Sequence record: PP886230.1
Direction: 5' to 3' (one strand)
DNA: 64,000 nt
Both the position numbers and the translations under genes were made by a program. Below the pieces are notes generated by a model. The model worked only from the letters and a program-made list of their open reading frames with translations, ran no database searches and was not told where the DNA came from. Positions 1 through 9,551 of this stretch are shown in pieces; position 1 is the first letter of the stretch, and every line of letters begins with the position of its first letter.

Positions 1-231
1 TATGTAAAAGATGAGTACTATGAAAGTGTATATTATTTTTTATGGCAACATTACCGTACTATAGTAAGAGATTTATATATAGGAAAATCTATCATATCCA
101 ATGGTGAAAAATGTATCTGTACGGATGTAGTTAGTTTTAATGGTTCTTTAACACTGTGTTTCAGATGCGATAATAATAGTGGGTCATTTTCATTAAACGT
201 ATATCAGTTAGAAGGAATAAATTTTGAATAA
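1..231 (+). CDS. Hypothetical protein, 5'-truncated (small KYIG-motif family)
   Basis: Frame 1 is open from the window edge to TAA at 229-231 and reads ...RDLYIGKSII..., like the neighbouring small paralogs. Confidence 0.6.
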   Translation, partial: YVKDEYYESVYYFLWQHYRTIVRDLYIGKSIISNGEKCICTDVVSFNGSLTLCFRCDNNSGSFSLNVYQLEGINFE

Positions 232-424
232 ATGTCCATATTGTAACAGTACTCAATTAGCTCGTTTCCGTTTAGATTCAGACTGGGCGACTGGTGCTGG
301 TGATTTCTTCCCTATTAATGATGATGCAGAATACACCGAAGAACAGCACAAAGATTTTGATAAATCATGGCGACCTGACATTGAGTGCATTTATTGCCTT
401 AATTGTGAGCGTGTTCATGACTAA
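224..424 (+). CDS. Small Zn-finger-like protein
   Basis: CPYC and CLNC pairs; TTG start after GAAGGA. Confidence 0.6.
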   Translation: MNKCPYCNSTQLARFRLDSDWATGAGDFFPINDDAEYTEEQHKDFDKSWRPDIECIYCLNCERVHD

Positions 425-680
425 AGCTGAACTAATAGTTCATACATATAAAATGATATCAAGTACTGAGTTATCATATAGTGCAGATAATCCAGTACTG
501 GATTATTTTGTTGAATTATTGAAAGAGCATTATATTGGTAAATCACTGATTCTTAATAATATTAATTTCACGGTAAAGGATGTAGCACCTGGAAAAAACG
601 TACTAATAGTATGTGTTACTTCATCTGATAACCCAGTATACCCAATATCAATAATTTTTGAGATATTAGGAGATTTATGA
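417..680 (+). CDS. Hypothetical protein (KYIG family)
   Basis: Start reassigned to ATG 417, overlapping the upstream stop; KEHYIGKSL motif. Confidence 0.6.
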   Translation: MTKAELIVHTYKMISSTELSYSADNPVLDYFVELLKEHYIGKSLILNNINFTVKDVAPGKNVLIVCVTSSDNPVYPISIIFEILGDL

Positions 681-967
681 ATATCATTTTAATGCAGAAA
701 ACATATGCTATATTGGTGAAAGATTATTCCATTACTTTCGATTCACAAGAAAGTGCTCTACATAACCTATACAAAAACGTAACACAAGAATACAGAAATA
801 TGTTTTCTGACTTAGTAGTAGGAAGGTATTTCAGTACTAGAAAATACCCAAAACTTCAAATAGTTGATGTTTCTTTTTATTTCAATGGTCATATTACTAT
901 TCATAGTTTAGACCAAGATTCAACAACGTACTTAAACTTTTCATTTGATGAGGTAACATTTTTATGA
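677..967 (+). CDS. Hypothetical protein
   Basis: GGAG SD; ATGA overlap. Confidence 0.6.
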   Translation: MNIILMQKTYAILVKDYSITFDSQESALHNLYKNVTQEYRNMFSDLVVGRYFSTRKYPKLQIVDVSFYFNGHITIHSLDQDSTTYLNFSFDEVTFL

Positions 968-1140
968 GAACAGTATTTTTTATCTGGAGTCTTTTTTCAT
1001 TGGCAGTACTGACAGTATGTGGGATTTGTTTCCTTTCATCAATTAATACTTGGTATATCAATTTACTATTTCCATTTGTCGGTGTTGGTTTAGGGTTTAC
1101 TTTGCATAGTGTATGTAAGGATTACAATGAGAACAAATGA
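964..1140 (+). CDS. Small two-helix membrane protein (58 aa, not in ORF track)
   Basis: MRTVFFIWSLFSLAVLTVCGICF...LLFPFVGVGLGFTL; GAGG SD; ATGA overlap. Confidence 0.55.
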   Translation: MRTVFFIWSLFSLAVLTVCGICFLSSINTWYINLLFPFVGVGLGFTLHSVCKDYNENK

Positions 1141-1405
1141 AGTACTTATTGCTGAAACAATGAAGATGATTTACAATATCACGTCAGCACAGAATATGCC
1201 CTATCCAACTAAGTCTTTATTGAGGACTGTGTATCTGGGGATAGTACAGGAGTACTACAAATCCAAGCACCGAAGCATTATTAGTGTTTATCGTGATTAT
1301 GAAAGGATTCGTATTTTATTCTGGAACAAGAATCGAGTACGTTCTGAATGTGACCTAGTGGACTTTAAATTAGAGAATCTTTATTGCTATAAACAGGGAC
1401 AATAG
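1127..1405 (+). CDS. Hypothetical protein
   Basis: ATG 1127 after AAGGA. Confidence 0.55.
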   Translation: MRTNEVLIAETMKMIYNITSAQNMPYPTKSLLRTVYLGIVQEYYKSKHRSIISVYRDYERIRILFWNKNRVRSECDLVDFKLENLYCYKQGQ

Positions 1406-1423
1406 TTTAATTCATGATATAAT
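1395..1423 (+). promoter_or_regulatory. GGGAC-class promoter
   Basis: AGGGAC-17 nt-TATAAT with TGA directly before the -10. Confidence 0.65.
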
Positions 1424-1454
1424 AATGGGTAAGGAACAATAATTAACACAAGGA

Positions 1455-2192
1455 GTGTGTGAAATGCTTGACCGTATCCGTTTCGCTACAGAGATGGCGA
1501 ATGAATTAAACATGGCAAATTTCCAAATGTTAACATCAGTAATGGCTGAACATGCATGTGCTTATTCTGTAAGTGGTGTGCAGTGTGGTCAGGAGAATAT
1601 GTTAGCAGATGTTTATAGTGAAGTGCAAAGTAAGCAATATAGTGTAAAGACATATAAGGATAAGTTTGTTAGTCTTTATATGAACGAAGATATTGCCGAA
1701 GACCGTAAATTCACTGATTTTATTATTGAACGCCGAGTATCAGGTGTATCTAATCCTAATGCATCAAGCGAGGAAGTTTTTGCAGAAGTACTGAAAGATA
1801 TATACGAAAATGAATTAAAAAGTAAGAATCATTACAATGTACGTGAAACTAACACAGTGCTCTTGGGATATGATGAAGACGAAGAATACTATTATTTTCG
1901 TATGACTGAAGTTCCTTTTGAATACAAATCTCCATATACAACTACAGTGAAAGAATTTACTGAAAAAAGTAAAAACTTCATGAAGCATGAAGGAAATCGT
2001 TGTAGTATAAATGGTTATGACGAAAATGGCATTCACATTTATGAATGGGTTCACCCAAATTGTCAGACATACACTCGTTGCTTGAAAAAACGTTATAATT
2101 TAGAAGAGCATGAATCATTCTATTTTAAAGTTAAGAAGCAAGGTTACACTCGCCCCGCCGATTCTGAATTGATGGGTATGATATATTTCTAA
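1455..2192 (+). CDS. Hypothetical protein (245 aa)
   Basis: GTG start after AAGGAG, downstream of a promoter. Confidence 0.7.
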   Translation: MCEMLDRIRFATEMANELNMANFQMLTSVMAEHACAYSVSGVQCGQENMLADVYSEVQSKQYSVKTYKDKFVSLYMNEDIAEDRKFTDFIIERRVSGVSNPNASSEEVFAEVLKDIYENELKSKNHYNVRETNTVLLGYDEDEEYYYFRMTEVPFEYKSPYTTTVKEFTEKSKNFMKHEGNRCSINGYDENGIHIYEWVHPNCQTYTRCLKKRYNLEEHESFYFKVKKQGYTRPADSELMGMIYF

Positions 2193-2202
2193 GGAAACTT
2201 CT

Positions 2203-2484
2203 ATGGATTTTTATCTACACACATGGACATACGAACAATATATTACATTATATCTTGAAATTATTAACACAGAACCTAGGTGTGGTTGTTGGTTCGCAGA
2301 TATCATAAAAGAGTATGCTGACGAGTTCGAGTTTGTGTATCTTGGGTCTGATATATTTGTAAAAAGTGTAGGTAAAACCGGACGAATCACTGATATAGAT
2401 TACGACACTGTTAGTGTCAATTTCTATGTTGATTTTCCTGATGCTGGCGTTGATGGTGTATATTGTCTTTATGAAATAATTTAA
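2203..2484 (+). CDS. Hypothetical protein (KYIG-like family)
   Basis: AAGGA SD; FVYLGSDIFV...GRITDI. Confidence 0.6.
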   Translation: MDFYLHTWTYEQYITLYLEIINTEPRCGCWFADIIKEYADEFEFVYLGSDIFVKSVGKTGRITDIDYDTVSVNFYVDFPDAGVDGVYCLYEII

Positions 2485-2490
2485 ATTCTT

Positions 2491-2515
2491 AGGCCAGCGT
2501 TTGCTGGTCTTTTTT
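2491..2515 (+). terminator. Rho-independent terminator
   Basis: AGGCCAGC-GTTT-GCTGGTCT followed by a T-run. Confidence 0.75.
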
Positions 2516-2528
2516 CGCAGGTACAAAG

Positions 2529-2831
2529 ATGTTCAGTATAGATTTAATTAACAGTACTATCAAAATGTTGGCTGATTTGGTGAGACAATCCAATGGAACT
2601 TTATATCCATCAATGTATAAAATGTTTGACCGATACATCAAGGATTGTAACATATCATTATATGGACTTGCTGTTGATATAGACGATTACTATGGAATTA
2701 ATACTTCATATAAAACAGGAATTTTAATTGGTATTAATATAAAGATGGGGTATTTACCTTATTACTGTATAGGATTACCAGATAATACTTTTGTAGAATA
2801 TCCAGCCAGTACTATTAAATTAAGAGGATAA
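2529..2831 (+). CDS. Hypothetical protein
   Basis: ORF in a packed + strand run. Confidence 0.55.
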   Translation: MFSIDLINSTIKMLADLVRQSNGTLYPSMYKMFDRYIKDCNISLYGLAVDIDDYYGINTSYKTGILIGINIKMGYLPYYCIGLPDNTFVEYPASTIKLRG

Positions 2832-2838
2832 AACTAAA

Positions 2839-3417
2839 ATGAATGTATTAGAATTAAGTACTAAGCTGATTAGTATGCGTAATGAGTGGTACGATTGGTT
2901 TTATAATGGTACTGATATGGATTTTTCAAAATATCCATTTATGGAATCAGGATGTGATGCAAGATACCGCTGGTTGAGCAAAGATTGTTCTGGTTTACAT
3001 ATTCTAGTTGACGATAGTGGTCAGGGAATTATAAAAGATTTACTTCAAGTTGAACAACTCGTCCATGATAATTGGTGTGATAACGATCCATACCTTGGAA
3101 ATATGATTTATGTAAGTGAAGATGATTGCATATTCGTTATCCAGCGTCATGGTAATTCTATGTTTTATGTAGCAGATAGCAGTACTCCAGAAGGTGCAGC
3201 AGCCGATGGACTTATGCCTAAGATTGATATATTGGAATTTGGATTACCTGAGCACTTCCAGATTAGTACTTTATACGATATTCCACCACTTGAGTTCTTT
3301 GAAGAATTTAAATTGTACTACAATGATCTTCAAAAATTGAGTACTGATCGACGCATTGAAATAACTGTTAAGTACATGGACGGAACGAAATTAACTGATA
3401 CGGGGATAGAATTTTGA
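2839..3417 (+). CDS. Hypothetical protein (EHFQ-motif family)
   Basis: GAGGA SD; LPEHFQISTLYDIP motif. Confidence 0.65.
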   Translation: MNVLELSTKLISMRNEWYDWFYNGTDMDFSKYPFMESGCDARYRWLSKDCSGLHILVDDSGQGIIKDLLQVEQLVHDNWCDNDPYLGNMIYVSEDDCIFVIQRHGNSMFYVADSSTPEGAAADGLMPKIDILEFGLPEHFQISTLYDIPPLEFFEEFKLYYNDLQKLSTDRRIEITVKYMDGTKLTDTGIEF

Positions 3418-4103
3418 TTAAAGATTTAGATAGAATTTTATATGTACTAAGGGGTGTAATTACATTACATCCACAAATCAATCGAATTGAAAGTACATTT
3501 CAGTTGGAGTCAAGAGAAACTCCATATTCACATATATCAAATGTAGTTGGTTCACTCAGTACTGAAGACTCGTCTTACGATATTTGTGTATGTGAAGTAC
3601 AACCAAGTTCGGATCTTGGATTTGCTATTTTTGATAAAGATCAAAATCTCATTAGTATGTTTCAGTGCAATAATCCTTTTTGGAAAACATGCCTGTATCC
3701 AGAGTGGGCTATGCTTGATCCAACCAAGAGTACCATTAAAGTTTATGACGCTAAAAATGATGAAGTCGTTATTGATTTGGATGAGTCAATGTCAGAGGAA
3801 GAACACTTTCAGCTAATGATGATGCGTGCTATGCCGGAATACAATGCAATGATTAACACTGTGCAATACATTAAGGATACCATGCCAGCGTTGCGTACAC
3901 ATGAGTTTTGTCATCCGGTATTGTATGAACATCTAGATTTAGACTTCAGTACTATTAAATTTAAAGATAGTGTTAAAAAATATATTCAAGAGAATGTTAA
4001 ATTTGATTTTATTAGTACTATGAACAATAATCCAAAAACTAATTTTAGGCATCAGTACAATGAATCTTTGTCTAATGGACGTGATACCAGTTGGTGGAAA
4101 TAA
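3414..4103 (+). CDS. Hypothetical protein (EHFQ-motif family)
   Basis: TTGA overlap; MSEEEHFQLMMM motif. Confidence 0.65.
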   Translation: MIKDLDRILYVLRGVITLHPQINRIESTFQLESRETPYSHISNVVGSLSTEDSSYDICVCEVQPSSDLGFAIFDKDQNLISMFQCNNPFWKTCLYPEWAMLDPTKSTIKVYDAKNDEVVIDLDESMSEEEHFQLMMMRAMPEYNAMINTVQYIKDTMPALRTHEFCHPVLYEHLDLDFSTIKFKDSVKKYIQENVKFDFISTMNNNPKTNFRHQYNESLSNGRDTSWWK

Positions 4104-4104
4104 T

Positions 4105-4368
4105 ATGAATATTCAAGATAGATTACAATTACTGTACACACTTGAACAGGCTGCTTATGATCTTGTTCGAAAAATCTCAGATGAACTACCTAAAGGAACT
4201 AAAGTTCGTGTACGTGAGATGAATTATTTTTCTGGAGTAATTGAAGAACAAGTACTAACAGTGAATAAAGTAACATACTATGAATCTGAGTTGTCTATTC
4301 AGTGTGAATCTGATGATGGATTAATATCATATTATGGAACTGATGTAGATATAGAGGTAATAAAATGA
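4105..4368 (+). CDS. Hypothetical protein
   Basis: Start reassigned to ATG 4105, just after the upstream stop. Confidence 0.6.
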   Translation: MNIQDRLQLLYTLEQAAYDLVRKISDELPKGTKVRVREMNYFSGVIEEQVLTVNKVTYYESELSIQCESDDGLISYYGTDVDIEVIK

Positions 4369-5507
4369 CCCTTTTGCAAATATATGAAGATTTAATGCAC
4401 TTATGTAATACAAACGATGCATTCTTTTATGTGGATCATAAAAGTCCTGCTGGTGGCACGTATCGTGTATTCAGTTATCGTCTAGCATCATACACTGATT
4501 TCATGCAACCAAATGCGTTGGAAACCCGTGGCTCTATGTGGGAAATTGATGAAGAAGGTGAAATGATACGTTGTGCAGCACGTACAATGAAAAAGTTCTT
4601 CAATGCTTACGAGAATCCTGCTACAATGTTCCCTGCTAACACCACATGCGATGACATTGCGGTAGTGATGCCTAAGTTGGATGGTTCGATTATCAGTACT
4701 TACCGTGATAATGATGGTGAGATTCGTTGTAAATCACATACTGCATTGTATTCTGACCATGCGATTAATAGTACTCGACTTATTAACGAGAACCAGAATT
4801 TGTATCAGTACATCGACGAAGCGGAACGTTTAGGTTACACAGTTAATATGGAGTATACAAGCCCAGAGTACCGAATTGTATTACCATATCAGGTAGAACA
4901 ACTGTTTGTACTGAACGTTCGTCATCGTGTGAGTGGTGAGTTGCTATGTGGTAAAGCACTACGTGATAAGTTTCCATGTCTTGCACAGTACAGTACTAAT
5001 ATGACTGGAAAAGATATTCATCACACTTTTCCGGTACGAAATACCTTCCGTGAAAGCGTGGAGGAAGTTCATAAAATGCTTGATATTGAGGGTTTTGTGT
5101 GCATCCTAAATAATGGGACAATGTGTAAAATAAAGACTGACTGGTACAGTTCATTACATCTTACAAAAGATAGTATTATTATTGATTCTCATTTATATGA
5201 AGCAGTATTAAATGGTTCAAGTGATGATTTAAAACAATTGTTCAGTACTGATGAATATGCTATGCAAAAGATATTAAGAATGGAACAATTGGTATTTTCG
5301 TGCTATAATGCATTACAAGATGAAGTAGAAAGCTTCGTCAAGGAACACAAGCACTTGGAGCGAAAGGAATTCGCAATGAAGGTTCAGGAGTGTTTAACTA
5401 ATGAACTGAATCGTCAGGGCTTGGCCTTTGCAATGTATAACAATAAGAAAGTTGATTACAAAGAGACTCTTATAAAATACATGAAAATTGTACTAAAGGA
5501 TTTTTAG
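4365..5507 (+). CDS. rnlA: RNA ligase 1 (T4 gp63/RnlA-like)
   Basis: Nucleotidyltransferase motif I PKLDGS; FSYRLASYTDF...ALETRG; KFFN; EGFV and KIKTDWY motifs; 380 aa. Confidence 0.93.
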   Translation: MTLLQIYEDLMHLCNTNDAFFYVDHKSPAGGTYRVFSYRLASYTDFMQPNALETRGSMWEIDEEGEMIRCAARTMKKFFNAYENPATMFPANTTCDDIAVVMPKLDGSIISTYRDNDGEIRCKSHTALYSDHAINSTRLINENQNLYQYIDEAERLGYTVNMEYTSPEYRIVLPYQVEQLFVLNVRHRVSGELLCGKALRDKFPCLAQYSTNMTGKDIHHTFPVRNTFRESVEEVHKMLDIEGFVCILNNGTMCKIKTDWYSSLHLTKDSIIIDSHLYEAVLNGSSDDLKQLFSTDEYAMQKILRMEQLVFSCYNALQDEVESFVKEHKHLERKEFAMKVQECLTNELNRQGLAFAMYNNKKVDYKETLIKYMKIVLKDF

Positions 5508-5537
5508 TACTATCTAGCCTAAGCACAAGGAGAAGTG

Positions 5538-5792
5538 ATGGCTAAACCTAAGTATAAAAATGACGGTTCCCTTTCTCCGACTGAGTTCAGGAAAATACAA
5601 GAAGAAATCGATGAATTACAGCACAAACGCTCAATGAAAGGTGTGAAGATAAGTAAGAAACGAATCGAGAATACCTTCGGATGTAGTAGTACTGAATACA
5701 AGAAGAAAAGGAAACCAAAAGGTGTTAAGCCGAGAATACATGATGTAACTCGCTATACATCGAAACGTGAAAATAAATTTGATCCACTATAA
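5538..5792 (+). CDS. Basic hypothetical protein
   Basis: AAGGAG SD; Lys/Arg-rich. Confidence 0.65.
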   Translation: MAKPKYKNDGSLSPTEFRKIQEEIDELQHKRSMKGVKISKKRIENTFGCSSTEYKKKRKPKGVKPRIHDVTRYTSKRENKFDPL

Positions 5793-5801
5793 GGAGTTCA
5801 T

Positions 5802-6032
5802 ATGAAAGTTGAAGTTCAGCATAGTATTGTTCAGGATATGTCAGTAGTTAAATTTCTTTCTCTGAAAGATTACTTCAGATGTATCAAGTTCCTAGAAGAA
5901 TCTCAATTACAGTGGACCCCATTAAAGTACAGTTCATCCAATGATACTGCTAGTATTCGTTGTGATGAATCTGTACTTGTGAAAATCTCCAAGCGATTTG
6001 GAGTAGGAAAAGTTAATGAGCACAGTAAGTGA
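5802..6032 (+). CDS. Hypothetical protein
   Basis: AAGGAG SD. Confidence 0.65.
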   Translation: MKVEVQHSIVQDMSVVKFLSLKDYFRCIKFLEESQLQWTPLKYSSSNDTASIRCDESVLVKISKRFGVGKVNEHSK

Positions 6033-6270
6033 CCTAAAATACTACAACAAAACTGCGGATACGTTTATTACTCATTTATATGAAGAATTTAGTCGTATCC
6101 GTGAGGAATATACAGGTAAATGTATTTTATATAGTTCTTATCATAGTGGTGGAATTGAAAGTGCTTACATTACTAAAGTGAAGTTTTCTGATGACTATCA
6201 ATTACTCTTTGAATTAGATGATTGTTTCGTTATTGAAGCTTGTTTGATAGTGGATGTTCTAGATAATTGA
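6016..6270 (+). CDS. Hypothetical protein (KYIG family)
   Basis: REEYTGKCILY...YITKVKF. Confidence 0.6.
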   Translation: MSTVSDLKYYNKTADTFITHLYEEFSRIREEYTGKCILYSSYHSGGIESAYITKVKFSDDYQLLFELDDCFVIEACLIVDVLDN

Positions 6271-6276
6271 GGACAT

Positions 6277-6591
6277 ATGAATAAAGAACTTGCATTTGAG
6301 AGGATCGAAAAGTTAAAGTACATTGAAAAGGAACTAATAGAATCTGTCGAATCAATGGTCGAAGATTACGTTTTCGATTTTAAGAAAACATTGATTGGAT
6401 GTAAAGTTAAATGCTGGGATCATACAATCAGAGAATGGTTCAGTACTATAATTCTTGATGTTAAAGTATCGCGTACTGCTATTGGTAATTTAGTAAATGG
6501 TGAATGCTTTGTATACACTGAATACAATAACGGAACAAGAAACCTTTCAAGAGGATGGCACAAACTCGAAGATGTAGAATTCATTGAGTAA
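6277..6591 (+). CDS. Hypothetical protein (KYIG family)
   Basis: GAGGA SD; KKTLIGCKVKC. Confidence 0.65.
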   Translation: MNKELAFERIEKLKYIEKELIESVESMVEDYVFDFKKTLIGCKVKCWDHTIREWFSTIILDVKVSRTAIGNLVNGECFVYTEYNNGTRNLSRGWHKLEDVEFIE

Positions 6592-6603
6592 CAAGGAGTA
6601 ATA

Positions 6604-7536
6604 ATGCCAACTATTACACTAACAGTTGGATTACCTGGGTGTGGTAAAACCACATGGGCAGTTCAAGAAATTAAAAATGCCAAATCCAAGACTATCAACA
6701 TCAACCGTGATGATATTCGTGAATCTATGGCTGGGTCACATGATGCTTACAAATTCAACGATGCTAATGAGCAGTACGTAACTAATTTACAGTTCAGTGC
6801 AGCAAATTCAGCAGCAGAGAATGGTTGGAACATCATCATATCCGATACAAACCTTAAACAACATTTCCGTAATCTCTGGAAAGTATGGGCTAAAGATAAT
6901 GGTTATGATTACAAAGAAAAGAACTTCTATGATGATTTTGTACCTAATGAAGACCGTGGTGCAGATGTTCATGAATTCTTTAAGATTAAAGAGTTCGTAA
7001 AACTTTGTAAGAAATATAACCTCCAGCGTGAGCGTTCAGTACAAGATGATATCATTGACACAATGGCAGATACGTACTATTATAGTAAGGCATTGCACAT
7101 TGGTTACTATGGTAATTCACGAGAAGCTGCTATTATCGTTGATATTGACGGTACTCTTGCTCATAAATGGGGTCGTAATCCTTACGATGAAAGTACTGTT
7201 CTTCAGGATACACCTGATGAAGAAGTTATTTTGTCTATTATCGCTGAAGCAGTTTTTCATAAACGCAAGATTATCGTCATGAGTGGGCGTACTGAAGGGT
7301 GTCGTGCTGATACCGAACAGTGGCTTAAGAATTGGGGTGTTCCTTACGATGCATTGTTTATGCGAGATATCGATGATAAACGTCCTGATGATGTTGTAAA
7401 ATTCGACCTGTACATGAAAAATGTGGTTGATCATTACGATGTTAAAAAGGTATATGATGACCGAGCACAAGTCGTATTCATGTGGCGTAAGCTACTTGGC
7501 TTGAAAGTTTTTCAAGTTGCAGAAGGAAATTTCTAA
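6604..7536 (+). CDS. pseT: Polynucleotide 5'-kinase/3'-phosphatase (T4 PseT-like)
   Basis: N-terminal P-loop GLPGCGKT and INRDDIRE; HAD motif DIDGT; YDDRAQVVFMWR; 310 aa. Confidence 0.95.
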   Translation: MPTITLTVGLPGCGKTTWAVQEIKNAKSKTININRDDIRESMAGSHDAYKFNDANEQYVTNLQFSAANSAAENGWNIIISDTNLKQHFRNLWKVWAKDNGYDYKEKNFYDDFVPNEDRGADVHEFFKIKEFVKLCKKYNLQRERSVQDDIIDTMADTYYYSKALHIGYYGNSREAAIIVDIDGTLAHKWGRNPYDESTVLQDTPDEEVILSIIAEAVFHKRKIIVMSGRTEGCRADTEQWLKNWGVPYDALFMRDIDDKRPDDVVKFDLYMKNVVDHYDVKKVYDDRAQVVFMWRKLLGLKVFQVAEGNF

Positions 7537-7541
7537 TACAA

Positions 7542-7567
7542 AAGGGATCATATGTTGGTCCCTTTTT
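7542..7567 (+). terminator. Rho-independent terminator
   Basis: AAGGGATCA-TATGT-TGGTCCCTT plus T-run. Confidence 0.75.
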
Positions 7568-7585
7568 CTTTTAAGGAATATTATA

Positions 7586-7762
7586 ATGAATGTAAAAACA
7601 CAGATGTTATTACAAAAAGAATACTTAGAAAATATAGAAATGTTCTATAGATTGTCTTTATACGAAAATAAACATAAAAAATATAGCTTTTCTAAACATC
7701 TAAACACAAGTACTGATGATTATCTATTTTCATCAATGTTTTATGTGAGAGGTTTATTATAA
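7586..7762 (+). CDS. Hypothetical protein
   Basis: ATG 7586 after AAGGA. Confidence 0.5.
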   Translation: MNVKTQMLLQKEYLENIEMFYRLSLYENKHKKYSFSKHLNTSTDDYLFSSMFYVRGLL

Positions 7763-8022
7763 TGGATAAATTTCACACAGATATAACACAGATAGGTAAT
7801 CTTATCAATAGTCTAATTACTGATTTAGAAGAAAAGTATTTAGGTCGAAATGTATACGTAGAAATGTATGAAACATATGGTGTTATTGATATGATTTATT
7901 ACAGTGCATTGAAGTGTGAAATACGTTTAACAGTATGTTTGTTTGAAAAAAATACATTCAACAGAAGTACTGCAATTCGCCAAGTTGGAGTTGATGATAT
8001 AGAATTATACGAGGAACAATGA
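7762..8022 (+). CDS. Hypothetical protein (KYIG family)
   Basis: DLEEKYLGRNVYV. Confidence 0.6.
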   Translation: MDKFHTDITQIGNLINSLITDLEEKYLGRNVYVEMYETYGVIDMIYYSALKCEIRLTVCLFEKNTFNRSTAIRQVGVDDIELYEEQ

Positions 8023-8273
8023 TGTTTGAGCAGGACTTAGAGATATTCAAAAGTCATATTGATTACTTGACTATATTAGAAAATGATTTAACTACAAAGT
8101 ACAAAGGTATTCGTGTTCTGTGCTGGTATGATGATTGGGATTATAAACGTGAACTCACGATTGATCGAATTTATTTCAGTGACGGTGTACTAAATGTACA
8201 TGGTGTAAATGATTTTGGTCATTCATATACATATTCTAATAATGCTAAATTTAAAAGGATCTACAATGAATGA
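8019..8273 (+). CDS. Hypothetical protein (KYIG family)
   Basis: DLTTKYKGIRV...LTIDRIYF. Confidence 0.6.
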   Translation: MMFEQDLEIFKSHIDYLTILENDLTTKYKGIRVLCWYDDWDYKRELTIDRIYFSDGVLNVHGVNDFGHSYTYSNNAKFKRIYNE

Positions 8274-8568
8274 ATATTATCATAATTTATTCGATTACAT
8301 AAAACTAATAGATGATCTTTCTTTTGAATTTCTCAGTACTGAAAAAGTTCTTGAACCTCTCTATTATGATTGTATTAGTTCACTATGTTTAGATGAAAAA
8401 GAGATATTAGCAAACAACTTACCATCCACGGTCTGTACAATCAATGGTTCCAAGGCATTAGTGTGCGAGGTTAATTTTCATAAATCACTTAATACAATTG
8501 TTTACAAGTTCGATAACACTTGGGTAAATCATGTAACCAGTAATATTAAATCTGTGAGATTTTTATGA
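8266..8568 (+). CDS. Hypothetical protein
   Basis: ATG 8266 after AAGGA. Confidence 0.55.
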   Translation: MNEYYHNLFDYIKLIDDLSFEFLSTEKVLEPLYYDCISSLCLDEKEILANNLPSTVCTINGSKALVCEVNFHKSLNTIVYKFDNTWVNHVTSNIKSVRFL

Positions 8569-8861
8569 ATATAAAAAAATTATTTGAACAAGTAAATTTA
8601 TTGTACTGGTGTTCAGACGGTTCAGATAAGGAATATAGTGAAGTTTATTTAGAAATGTTTAGAACTGAAATTCATCAAATTCGAAGATACCTAATTGATA
8701 ACAAAACTAAAGTACAAGTAAGATACCATAACGGTACTTTAAAGAATGGTGTAATTATTGGATTGATAGTTACACGAATGTCTAATAATATTAAAGTTGC
8801 AGTTAGATTAATGACTGATGATGGTGTCTACACAATAGAAGCTAGTGAGATTATATATTAA
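8565..8861 (+). CDS. Hypothetical protein
   Basis: ATGA overlap. Confidence 0.55.
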   Translation: MNIKKLFEQVNLLYWCSDGSDKEYSEVYLEMFRTEIHQIRRYLIDNKTKVQVRYHNGTLKNGVIIGLIVTRMSNNIKVAVRLMTDDGVYTIEASEIIY

Positions 8862-9167
8862 ATGGATATACAAACATTCAATAAACTTAAGTACTATGAT
8901 GATGGTTTTGCATTAATAATTAACGAACTTGATGGAATACCATACGAATATCATAATCAAGTAATGAAGATAATAAAATGTATATGTGAAGAATTAAAAA
9001 GTATATTTAAAAATGAATATGTTTATGATTTAGGTAATAATAGCAAAAAACTATACATAAAGAAATTCTGGGGAACGCATTGCGGTTTGATGGTCGATTT
9101 AGGTTTAAGTTTAGACGATAATTCTGAATCATGTTCATTATATATAGATGAAATGCGAATATCATGA
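8862..9167 (+). CDS. Hypothetical protein
   Basis: Abuts the upstream stop. Confidence 0.55.
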   Translation: MDIQTFNKLKYYDDGFALIINELDGIPYEYHNQVMKIIKCICEELKSIFKNEYVYDLGNNSKKLYIKKFWGTHCGLMVDLGLSLDDNSESCSLYIDEMRIS

Positions 9168-9193
9168 GACGTATCAGAATTCGGTGATATAAT
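9165..9193 (+). promoter_or_regulatory. GGGAC-class promoter (variant)
   Basis: TGAGAC-17 nt-TATAAT with TGA extension. Confidence 0.55.
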
Positions 9194-9224
9194 TTGATTA
9201 CATCACCAATAGGGAGAAGTTGAA

Positions 9225-9551
9225 GTGAATGGTTCGTTTTTAACAATATTAGAAAAGACAACCGAGATGCTTTCTAGCTCGTTAATGCAGATTTTCAGTA
9301 CTAATAATTTATACAATACCCAGGTGTTAGATTCAATTAATAATAACTATGTGGTAAGTATATCTGATGAAATATGTCCATTTAACGCGTATTCAATTTA
9401 TAGTGTAGAAGAGTTTCATATATCCGAGATTCGATGTGGTTTTGGTGCTTGGTTAGTTCTAAATGAACGTTCAGGGTTGTCTTTATACATCGAAGAAGTT
9501 AGTAAATTTATATACAAAGGAGTAGAATATGTTAACCCCAATTATTCTTAG
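9225..9551 (+). CDS. Hypothetical protein
   Basis: GTG start after GGGAG. Confidence 0.55.
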   Translation: MNGSFLTILEKTTEMLSSSLMQIFSTNNLYNTQVLDSINNNYVVSISDEICPFNAYSIYSVEEFHISEIRCGFGAWLVLNERSGLSLYIEEVSKFIYKGVEYVNPNYS